A stretch of 64,000 bases of DNA from Vermamoeba vermiformis (lineage: Eukaryota), in NCBI GenBank assembly GCA_045837725.1, contig JBEWZL010000163.1:558001-622000 (forward strand), in the 5' to 3' direction. Under the pieces are notes generated by a model that saw only the letters and a program-made list of their open reading frames with translations, ran no database searches and was not told where the DNA came from. Positions 1-11,501 of this stretch are shown piece after piece. Both the position numbers and the translations under genes were made by a program. Each line of letters begins with the position of its first letter. The first letter of the stretch is position 1.

Positions 1-1060
1 CAATTCCAAGTCAGAAGAAACCAGCGTAGATCGCGAAGCCAGACGTCAAAAGCGGATCGAGAATCTGAAAATGTTGAAAGAAATGAATTCGCGCACAGTA
101 TTTGTTGGTCGATTACCTCGAAATGCAAGACAAGAAGAAGTTAAAGCCTTATTTGAAGAATGTGGTAGCATCGAGTAAGTGAATTTTTTAGATCTCGCGA
201 TCCACCATGTTTGCAGCATTAGCACTCAGAACCCAACTCTCTCACATCGCTCATACATTAACCTATTGTTATAGGACCGTGTCTCTATTGAAATTCAGTG
301 ATACTGGTAAACCCACTGGTGCTGGCTTTGTGCGCTTTGTGGATGCAAGTTCAGTCGAGAAGGTAGGAAAAAAATCAAGCTTACATAATCCTAACATTGA
401 ATTAATACCATTACATCCTTTTATCAATGCCCAGTGTTCGTTTATACTAAGATATTACTCATACTAGGCCTTGGCAAAGAACGGAGTTAGTTTCAAGGGC
501 GCTAATATTACTGTAAATAAATCCGAACAAAAACCGCCCAGAGAACAAAAAGGCAAAAAGAGCAAATTCAACGACACGACTACCCTTTATATCGGTAAGT
601 ACTATATTCATAATCAATACTACGATATAGTGCAAGTGTCGCTAATATCTGATGACAGGCAATATCCCGTTTGAAGTTACTACACAAGCCTTACTTAAGA
701 GATTTAAACACTGTGGCACCGTGATGCGAATTGACATTCCTAAATTGAAAGCTAACGGAAAATCAAGAGGGTAAGCATTATTAAATCTACGGCAAACCTT
801 CGCGTGACGACATGTTTGACGCATAATTGCAACAATAGTAGCTAATATTAAAATACAGATTTGCTATGATTCAGTTCCAGGACCCGGCTGCAGTAGAAAA
901 GGCATTGAAATTGGACGGCAGTGACATTAGTGGCAGAAAAATTAAAGTCCGAACAGTCGAGAAGAAAGACCACCAACAAAACGACAACAAAAAGAAAAAG
1001 AAGACTGGTTCGTGGGAGAAATCTAAGAAGCGAAAATTGTCTACACCTGATGACGAATAA
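1..1060 (+). CDS. Multi-RRM RNA-binding protein, probably nucleolar; 5' end lies outside the window; multi-exon
   Basis: RNP2/RNP1 motifs in three repeats (TVFVGRLP..., KPTGAGFVRF, TLYIG, KSRG|FAMIQF), GT-AG introns, Lys-rich tail ending TAA at 1058-1060. Confidence 0.8.
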
Positions 1061-1319
1061 TAATCTAACCCTCGTACTATAAAGCAAACTTTTTCTAACT
1101 GATCCTCGTTCTTGTAGCAAGATCTGCAGCAGAGCGATTGCTTCAGGAGTCTTAATGGCTTTTTTACAATCTGAATGGACGGTAATCTCACCTTATGTCG
1201 TATTTGATCACGAGATTTAAAAATGAACGTATCTTTATGTAACAAAGGTGTTGATTTGATGCGTACCCTCGTCGATCAAATCAAGTACAAAATTCGACTA
1301 CAAGCTCTGTGTGAATTGT

Positions 1320-2970
1320 TTAGCACGAGCCATTGACAACAGGAACACGTGTCGCTGAGTCGATGAGTGAAGGTGCCAAAGTACCACAGTCTTGATCGTT
1401 AAAGTACATGTCCCAACCAGGCACATCCGCGCCCGCCATTTCCTCAGTTACATGCTCAGCAGGACTTAACTGTCCTTGTGAGTGGAATGCGTAACTCTCG
1501 GCTTGAGAAGAATTCGTTTCATATTGCCCTTCAATCTCTTCAGTAGCGTCATGCACCCCACCGAGAAACATGTCAGTGACAGGAGACTGCTGGTCTTCGT
1601 ACATGTTGTACGAGGTGGTATAAAGGGGCGTCATGTAGGCACTGTACTCGTGTTGTGGCACTGTTGCGTATGAATGATAGGGGCCAGAGACGTACTGTGC
1701 AGCATTAAACTGAGGTCGGTACTGAGGTGCTGCATAGTAGTCTTGTCTTAAAGGCTGAAGCCTCGAAGCAAATCGAGGGTCATTGAGCAATGATGGATCC
1801 GCGATAAGCTCCTTAGCTTCAGACACGCTCATTCCACGAGCCTTCAATCCGTCTTGTAATGCTCCCAACAAGCGACCAGTGCATCTGAAGTACTGAGCTC
1901 GATTAGCGCCTTGGATCTCTTCAATATGGCCGCGCAACAGTTGATCAAACCATTCTTCGCCTTCGTACCGCTCTTTGCGGGCAGTTGGATCTGTCTGCGA
2001 AGCATGAACAATTTCGTTAGCTTGTTGAAAAGTAACGCCTTCTTTCACGCATCTAATCTTGCGAGGGCGCTTCTCCGTACTCTGAGAGTGATCGTTCAAA
2101 TCCGGTTTTTCGTCCTGATCTTGAGTCTCTTCTCTTTTCCGCTTTCTTGAGCCTGAGCTCGTCCTCTTGCCCTTCTCCATGAAGGCCTTGAATACTTCTT
2201 CTTGATCCAAGTCTTTGAAGGATTGGCTCTTGTCCTTTGGACCAATCTTGGCGCATCCAGTTTCCTTGTCAACTTCGAGACTGTAATATTGGCTGATATT
2301 GTATGGCAATAATCTCGTCATACGGTCTTTGATATCTTCAGCAGTGAGCTCTCTCTGCTTGCGTTCAAGCATTTCTTTTAAGGCTTCTTTCGGTACATTC
2401 GGATCGAGTTTTCTTCTTCCTTTGGTACTTTGCTTGCGCATGCAGGCCATTACAAACTTAATTGTAACGAATTCTTCGGTATTGAGATCAATAAACTCCC
2501 TATTAATAAACTGCATTAGTTCCCAATAATGATCATAAAGGAGATCAAACTATATTTTCAATTCTTGTAGGACTTACTTGACCTTATTAGGAACAAATAA
2601 CTGGCACAACTTCATTAAACGACCATTATCGTCCAGCATGTACTGAGGACAAGGTTTAAGACCACTTATGAACCAGATTTGGTTGTAGATGTCTTCAATT
2701 TTATCTTTGATGAGCTCCCAGTCAACACCAGCGACTACCTCGGCACAATATATGCTGCACATATCAAAGAGCGCCATAAAGAATTGAAGAAGTGCGACTG
2801 AGCCAGCATTGTAAGACGGGATCTTAATCGCATTCGGATCTGTCCTCCGAACGTTAGAGCGAAAAGAATACTTGCAATTTCATTATACACGTACCTTCAG
2901 TGTCTTGTTGGATGATATTATCATCTCCAGCATTCGGAAAGTACATATTATTCTCTGAAGGAAAGTCCAT
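1320..2970 (-). CDS. Hypothetical protein of about 510 aa, 3 exons, basic NLS-like segments and acidic Tyr/Gln-rich C-terminus
   Basis: ATG at 2970 (MDFPSENN...); two introns (about 2840-2894 and 2511-2577) join ORFs 2574-2777 and 1320-2516 in frame; no family recognised. Confidence 0.7.
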
Positions 2971-3992
2971 GGATCCAGATCTTGCTTTGGTTTTGAGTTG
3001 TTGAGATGGTTTGTGGTCTATATGACACGATTCTATTTAAAAATGAAGCAGAACCTTATTTTTAAACCCGCGAACGAATCACAATCCAAACTAGGTATTC
3101 TTAGACAGACCGTGTCCGTGACCAACGAAATTTAGCTTCTTGCAAAGGGACATTGCTTGTCTGCGGACCAAGATATTTAACTCGTGAATTATTACCAGAA
3201 ATATCATTGCTAACGCCCGAAAGGACTGTCTAAGCGAGATTGACTTGTGGATTCCAGCTCAACTTCCTACTGACACTAGTCATTAATTAAATTAATATGC
3301 ATCTTCCATAGGTAGAAAGTGTGACAAATTACCTTCTACTGCTAACCCTCTGTTTTTTGTGACAACAAAATTCAAATCTGGATCATAATTTCCTTGGGCT
3401 TGAGCCAATAATTCGGCACTAATTTGAAAATTTTGTCTTAATTATCGCATTAAGTTGCCAGCCGGAAAGCGCTTGCGTTTAACAGTATCAATGGCTAACT
3501 AATCCAGCACGAGCCCTCTGCTGTCTGCGTGGTACCAACGGCACTACTGTATACAATCATTATGCTTCCATCATTGTAAATTGAATTGAAGTTTGTGTTG
3601 TTGATCTAAAGAAACTGCGAAAACAAAGATTTTTTTTGGTTGCTGCTTGTAAGCGCAATAACGACCAACAAGGCTTGAAATACGGCAAGTAGGTCACATT
3701 ACGACCATAATCTCGATAAGATATACAGACGAGCGTGAGCTTCGCTATCAAGAACTATTACAGTACAGATCTGAAAGCGAGTAGACAGCAACGTGTTTTT
3801 CTTTCAATGAGTTTATTTAGCTTTATATTTACAAGTAGAAAAATGACTCGCCGTCATGAGATCTATCATCACGAATTCAACTTTTCTTCTTTGTTTCATT
3901 GTTGAACCCGTGCTTGATTTTAGTCTCTCACAAATCGACGATATTAAAATTGTTTTAGACTTCTTTCCGAGTTTAAGAATATCATAATAATA

Positions 3993-6900
3993 TTACAAAC
4001 GAACCACGATGACGGTCACGTTATCAGTGCACTTCGTTGACTTCAATGCGTTGCGCAGTAAAGTCGCTGCCATGTCTTCAGCGCTGTTCAGTTCGCGGAT
4101 CAACTCGTAGGCTGCATCACCGCTCAAAACGTCCCACAACTATAATAACACAAGTGCATTAGTAATCAATACTAACAATACTAGAAAGATGAATTTGGCA
4201 TCAAAAGAAAGTGAAAAAAAATGTCCGTGAAAAAATTATCTTTGGTACTTACGCCGTCCGAAGCAATGATCAAATGCGAGTCGTGCTTGTTAAGTTTGAT
4301 CGCGGGACTGACATAGGGCTCAGCAATCAGACCGCAGTTCATTTCTTTCGGGAAGTGATCGCCCAATGCTCGACTGACAGCCAAACCGTTCAGACGTGTT
4401 TGACCTGCCTCAAGTTTGATTCCTTGAGCCATAATTCGCTCTCGCTCTCGCGGGATCGTCGGTCGGTGGTCTTGTGTTAGTGCCATAGGCTCGCCATCGC
4501 GACTATATGAAAACCCATTAGTACCAATGAACTTGAATATTTCTAAGGGCGGATCTAGCTCTACTTACACTAAAAAGGCTGTAGAGTCACCCACGTTTGC
4601 GGCTTGGATATATCTATCGTTGCCAACCTTCCATATTAGTACAGTAGTAGATGTTGTGCTGTTTACAATAGTGCGATTAGTTTCCCGCCGAAAAATTGAA
4701 TGACCGTTACAGATCCGACTTACCCTTCATACTCGTATTTGGTGAGCTTTGAATCAACAGTTAAATATACATCTTTCCAAATATCTGAGTAATCTGTGGC
4801 ATCAGCTGGCTTTTTGCTAATAGCAGCGGCAAGTTCCTGAAAAAAAAATGTTTGGATCTGCGGTCGGATCGCGTGTTTTCGATAATGGTATGCCATTATT
4901 AATTGATATACATACCTTAGGCAAGTATTTCTTAGCACCTTCTGCGGCCTTCTTTCCAGCGTGACCATCAAAAACGGCGAAGAAAGCCTTGTTGTTGTCC
5001 TCCATGAACGGAACTTCGATGTGATTGATGTCTTCCATCGGGAACTCGTCTTTGTTGGCCTTCAGCGCCGTGCTAATTGTTGCCTTTTTGCGGCCTCTTC
5101 GCATACCAGCCTTATTTACATCAGCTTTACAAAAGAATTCGGTCACGAGAGTGTCGCGTGGCTCCTCGGCTGAGCTTTCAGCACCGCTATTTTCATCTTC
5201 GCTGGGGTCCTTGAAGTTGAGCAGATCTTGCAGGCTAATCTTCGCGGCCTCGCTAGACAACGAGGCTTGAAGTTCTTCAGCGTGAGGGATTGAAATAGAC
5301 TCGATCATCTCGGTGTCCTCTGTTGGTGCAACGGCATCCAGATCTTTCAATGAAGCAAGGAGATCGGCATTAAGATCGATGTTTGGCAGTTCAGTCTTGC
5401 CACCGCCGCTAATATCGAAGTTAAGTTGATCCAGGAGCTCATCTTTCTCACTTTTAGCGGTGGATGCACCCTCCAAAGCTAATAACATAATCCACGTTAG
5501 TCACGAGGGCATGACGAAATAAAAAATTAAGATTATGTTAGATACGGTTGGAAAATATTCGCGTAGATTCGATACGACCGATCAACGGAAATTTATCGAA
5601 AGATCTGCAACCGAATTTCAAGTAGAACTCTGGGCCGAAAAATTTTCCTTTCAACTTCGAGGTCCAAAGGTCACTTACCAGCTAATAGGTCCATAGCGTC
5701 AGTCTTAGGTTCTTGCGCGTTGATATCTTCGGGTTGCTCATCGAATCCGCCCAAGCTAGCGAGAAGTTGTTTCTTCAGATCGGTGACTTCAGTGTCTTCG
5801 CTCTTATATTGTTCAGTGTCAAGTTTCTTAGCCTCAGCGCGTGAGATGCTTCTTGGCTTCTTCTTTTGACGAGAATCAAGCTCTTGGTCAAGATCGAACT
5901 GCGAAAAAAGTTTGATCAGTTTATGAAATTTCATTACGGCTATTGAGATAGAATTGTGCAAGTGGATCCACTAACACACAACGAGTTTCGAGATAGATTG
6001 ACTTACATCTTGTCCAAAGGCCGTTCTAATATCAAAAGTTTCTTGAGGACCTCTCTTCTTGCCTCCCTTTGTGCGTCCCTATAACAATTATATAAGCACA
6101 TACCGCCATGACTACAATGCACGTGCACTTACCATGACCTTGCCTAACTGCTTAGTATTGATTTGCTTGAAAAGCTCTTCATCTTCCTCGTCCATCTTAT
6201 CGACTTTAGGCTCCTCAGCACGGGGTGCGCCAGGCTCGCTAGAAGTCTTGGGCGATTCAGGCTGCTTGAAAATGTCTTGCAAACGCGGGGACTTGGGCGT
6301 TTCCTTGACAGGCACGGTGGCATTAGGCGTGCTAGACGAAACTTCAATGATCGGCTTTTGTTGATCTGTCGATCGAGGTGACTTAGCAGGGCTTGTGCCT
6401 GATTGGTCGGTTGTTTCGCGCGGTGAAGTTGAGGTCAAGCCTGAGTCAGCCTTTGGCGTTAAAGTCTTGGGGCTGTCAGTGCGAGGAGAATTCTTCACTG
6501 GAGTGTGAGGAGATCCGCCAATGCGCGGCGATTGTTTGCCAGTGTTGGTAGTAACGGGAGGTGTGTTCATATTAATAGGATTTGATTGATTATGAGTTGC
6601 ATTGCCTTCAATCAATGACGCTGGTGAAAAAAAAGTGTAAATTGAATTGACACTTTCAAAAGTTACGTATTTAACGATAGTGTGGTTAGAGATTTGCTGT
6701 ATAATTGTGCGAATAAATAAATTTGTAAAATACGGCAATGTTCATTGAGATTTAGTTAATGAAGATTTTCCACCCGAAAAATATTAAATTCAATATAAAA
6801 CTGAATAGGCACCATAATTCGAAACTTTAGGGTGGTTCTTATTTGGTCACATCGCTATGTGAATAGAAAAATACGGATTGTAAATTGTTCCGTTAAGATC

Positions 6901-7619
6901 ATACCTTTCATCTGCTGTTCGGCAGCACGAGCCTGGAGTCTTTCCTCCAAAGTCTTTCTCTTCAATTCAAGTTCTTTACGTTGCTCGACCCATTTCTTGA
7001 TCTGGCTAACGTCATCGGTGCGAGGAGAAGAAGGTTTTCCAACTTCGTCGATAGCAGCCAGCACATTCGTGATTTGCGAGATTGCTTCACGTAATCGAAC
7101 TTTCATCGATTCTGTTGGGTATTGCGCCTTCCTTTCGATGAGAGTTCGCTCCAAGCTCTTGATTTTGACATTGAGCGTATCTATTGTGCGTTCAATGGGC
7201 GCAAAGTGCTGATCTACGAGTTCGCTATCGGTAAGAGGCTTTGTATTATCCTTTGCATCATTATTATTATTGTTGCTGATCTTAATCCTTCGCTGGTTAA
7301 TTCTTTTCATATCGTCAGAGACTTCCAAATCGTCAGTCTTTTTATTATTATTATTTTTCAAATCCGATGTTGAAAATTGCCTGCTGACCGGCTGCCTTCG
7401 TTGCCAAAAGAATATAAATAACACAACTACTTGTGATACAAATACAAGGAAAAATAAAATATCCTTTGTGAGAGAGCGTGCAGCGCTTGTCAGTTGGTCA
7501 TAGCTGGTTTCTGATCGGTGGTTGAAATCTGTCCGTTGTTGAGCTTGAACGCCAATATCCACCAAAATGCCAATGATACTGGCGTATATTATTATTGGTT
7601 GTTGTGCCAATAATTTCAT
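3993..7619 (-). CDS. PP2C (PPM-family) Ser/Thr phosphatase with a long N-terminal extension
   Basis: Motifs MED, VFDGHAG, ANVGDS, LTQDHRP, LAVSRALGD, IASDG|LWD, DNVTVIVV. Upstream exons (6132-6622, 6905-7619) are joined by GT-AG introns; the 5' start is less certain. Confidence 0.85.
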
Positions 7620-8152
7620 ATAGCAGTGGCTGTTGTTCTAGAGCTATAAAGAATAATAATAGAACAACCGAATCGACCACTGATGCGTATCAAAGGACGA
7701 AGCTAGTTCGAAACAAACAATAGGTCAATAATAAGAATATTGTTGTCTCTCGGGTAGGCCTGGTTTACGAAGGATTTTTTCGGTCGTTTTTTTGGTTTTG
7801 AGGTTTGCCTCCCTGCCGAGATTATGACGCAATCTCGATTTAGCCACCTACCACAACTGAGCACACTCGCGCCATGTTTTTATAGAGTATGTGTAGCACT
7901 CTACGAAACGGGCTTTGGATTGCACCGTATTGAGTAAGCCAGATGCAGGATGCAGCATCCAGGATGACGCAACGTGTGTCCAGATGAAGTAATATTAATT
8001 TTAAAATTGTCAAATTATGTGTGCTGTCCCAAAGCAGATTTTGGAGAAATTTAGCACCAGATTGGGTTTTTTTGTGTCCACCCGTTTACGCCGATCAAGT
8101 ATGGAGCCCAAGAACTTGTCGACAATAATTTAAATGCGCCATTTAACTTTAT

Positions 8153-9559
8153 TTACATTAAGGCAGATGCCACAAGTCCAATCACCACCGCTGAGAGCGC
8201 AGATAAAGCGTGAGCGCTTGAGACCGTTGGAGCTTTTCCAGTCTCGCTTGGCACTTCAGGCAACATAACTTGCTTTGAGATCGAACAACCCTTGACATCG
8301 GTGACAGTAAGGACTGCATTCTTGCCGAACCCGCCTTTGAGGTTCTGCGTTTCAGTTGTCCAACTGTACACGTAAGATCCGTATCCACCACTTGCCTGAG
8401 CAGTAGGCCACGTACCATCCGTGCTAATCTCGACGGACAAATTCGCATCTGGTGCTTCTACTGCAGAGAGTTGGTGCGTTCTCTTGGTGCACGAAGCGTG
8501 GCGTTGATAAGTAAGCTCGTGCGTGCCGCTCGGAAGTGTGACATTGAACGGCGAGGTTTGAGGAGTGAAGCTAATGTTCGTGCCTTTGATCGACAGCTCG
8601 AAGCCATAGGTGCCTTCTACTTGCACGGTTGCTGGCGTGCTGCAGATATCGCTTTGGCTGCTCGTGAAAACAGCTCCACAAAGGTCCCAGTTTAGAATGC
8701 TTGGAAATTCTTCCAGATCCTGCGTGATGATTGCTGGCGTTGTTTCCAAATGCTTAGTAATGGCTAGTGCATCTTCTACAAATGCGCTTTGAGAAACAAT
8801 TGTCATGATTGAAGCGCTGGCACCGGCGGCGAGTTCGAAAGTGAATATCCAAGAAGGATTATCACTTGCAGTAACCATTTTGATAGAATTTGCGCTGATA
8901 GCACCGTCTTGATTGCCGAAGTTAGTTCCAACGGGCGGATCACTTTGTTCGTCGTCGTGGCTCACAAACGAGTACGTGGTTCTGTAAGCAAACGTCGTTG
9001 TACCATCTGACCCCAAGTTATTTTTGTATAGGATATTGACAGTGGTTGATTCGTTCGCATTATTGGTGACCTTGTCGACGACACGTGCCCAGTTAATGTC
9101 TGAAAAGAGTTAGATCGAGATCTATATTGCGACCAGATCAGGCGACTTACTAGGGTCTTGCGGGACCCAAAAATGGCGCGTTAAATGCAGATTGAACGTA
9201 GGGAAGTTGTACAGGTACCAAGCAGTGGAATTGTCGGCACCACAGTTGTAGTCAAGTCGCTGGAAACTTGGAGTCGTGCTGGAGGTATTGACGATGGGCA
9301 TTGCCCATAGAAAAGTATCAAATGCATCGTTGGAACCATCATCGAAGCCCTCGCCATTGAAGTCCCAAAGAACGTACGTCAGCGTAGAATTTTCGGGTTG
9401 ATTGAATCCGTTGAAAAAATTAAAGCCTTGTTGATCACAAAAAGTGACAGGTTCTTCTGGCACAACACCTGCTGCCCCACGTGGTTTTCTTGTTGAGGCC
9501 AGGCATGCGCTTATGGTCAGTACGAGAAGTACAAGCGAGAGTTGTTGAGCTCGTGTCAT
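8153..9559 (-). CDS. Secreted or GPI-anchored surface protein, 2 exons
   Basis: N-terminal signal peptide (MTRAQQLSLVLLVLTISACLA), intron about 9100-9150, SprB-like ASGGYGSYVYSW motif, hydrophobic C-terminal tail. Confidence 0.75.
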
Positions 9560-10025
9560 TTTCGAAGTTACTGAAAACGTCGCGCTTGTCGCTTAAATAG
9601 TTGATATAATTGGGGCACGGTGCCAGGGGTATCGAGATTAGTGCCCCATTCAATTCACTTGTGATTAAAGTTGGGGAAATCACATTGACGTATTTGGGTT
9701 GTCGTTCTGGCAATTAGATTCGCTAAGGAGTGTGTAACAACTGCTCGTGATAAGTCTACAGACTTTTGCAAGCTTAGGATCATAGTCCTGTTTTGCAGTC
9801 AGCTGGAGCAACGGAACTACTTGGAGCAGGCTTGATCTAACTAGTTAGTGCTATTTTCAAAGTCAAACAAATGCTGGGCACCACCTTTATGTAAATGAAG
9901 CCTCGTGGCTGTAAAAAAAAACTTCGGAACTTGAGAACCCTCTTTTTGCGTCCGATCGTTCATTATTTTGTATTTTTGTGCGATCGACAACACAAACACA
10001 AACTTCATATTATACAAATTTCAAT

Positions 10026-11167
10026 ATGTCTGACGAAGAATCAATCTCACAATCTGCCGAGAACGAGCAACGCGAGCAAGAGCTTGAGCAACGATTTCAG
10101 AAGATCCGCCAGTCATACAAGAATAAGCAAAGAGTGCTTATTTTATCTTCACGAGGCATCACTCATAGATACAGACATCTTATGAATGATATCGCTAGTC
10201 TCTTCCCTCACTGCAAAAAAGATGTGAAGTTGGATACGAAGGATAATCTCGCAGTGTTGAATGAATTGGCTGAATTAAAGAACTGCAATAGCTGCATGTT
10301 TTTTGAAGTCCGAAAGAAGCAAGATCTCTTCTTGTGGATGTCGAAAACACCGCAGGGACCTTCGATCAAGTTCCACGTTTTGAACGGTAAGCTAAAATAT
10401 TCAAATTAATATTGTGTAATATATTGGGCATTTAATTGTATTTTTTGGGCGTTAAATTAATTTGTTGGATTTGGATCGGATTTGAACTGATCGAGATTTG
10501 TTTTAGTTCATACCATGGACGAATTGAAATTCACTGGTAACTGCTTGAAGGGATCGCGGCCATTCCTTTCTTTCGACGCTCAATTCGATAGCACCCCACA
10601 CCACCGTCTTATGAAAGAAACTTTGAAACAGGTAACGCGATCGAGATCTGCATCCGTAAATCAAGCCCTTTTAGCTAATACATCCATTGTTAGATTTTCG
10701 GTACTCCCAAAGGACACCCTAAGAGCAAACCATTCATTGATCACGTTTTCTCTTTCTACATTCTCGACAACAAGATCTGGTTCAGAAACTTCCAAATTAG
10801 CGAAGAAAAAATCGAAGGACAAAAGAAACCTGAACGAGTATTAGTCGAAATTGGTCCCAGATTCGTTCTTAGCCCTATTAAAATTCTTTCTGGCGGATTC
10901 CAAGGCGTTCCTATTTACGAAAACGAACATTACGTTTCTCCTAATGCTGTAAGTATTTTATCGCCATAATACGATGCATATAGTTAAACTATACCACTGC
11001 TATCGAAGACAATTTATTAATCGATATTCTATTAGTTGCGTACAATCATCAGACAAAAGGCTTTGCGACGATTTGAAAAGAAACAACAAGCCACTGAAAT
11101 GCGCAAGATGAAGGACGAAGAGAATCAAGTCATGCCTGTTGACGAGTTCGAAGATGTATTTGCTTAA
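10026..11167 (+). CDS. BRX1: Ribosome biogenesis Brix-domain protein BRX1
   Basis: NKQRVLILSSRGITHRYRHLMND, LNELAELKNCN, GPSIKFHVLN|VHTMDELKFTGNCLKGSRP, VEIGPRFVL, YVSPN; three introns. Confidence 0.95.
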
Positions 11168-11501
11168 ATATGAACAATACAATTAAAACAAATTTTAGAA
11201 AGTCGGCCGATCTGCCTTGTATTACTAATCTTGGTTCGTAGTTTGTAACGCTCTTGGTTTTTAAATATTACCGGTGAATGTCTTTCGTTTGTACTGCTGA
11301 AAATTGAATCAATTTCGCTGAAACTGCAGGAATTGCGCTAATTCTACGAGACTTGCTGGCAATACTGAGCCTTAATATTCAGTCCTTCAATGAGTATTGC
11401 TTGATATGTACAGGGGCGTTAATCAGCACCGCTTGAGGCAAAATTCAAATTCAAAGACAAGTTTGAGTATTTTACTGCAACGATTAATCGGAACGCCACA
11501 G

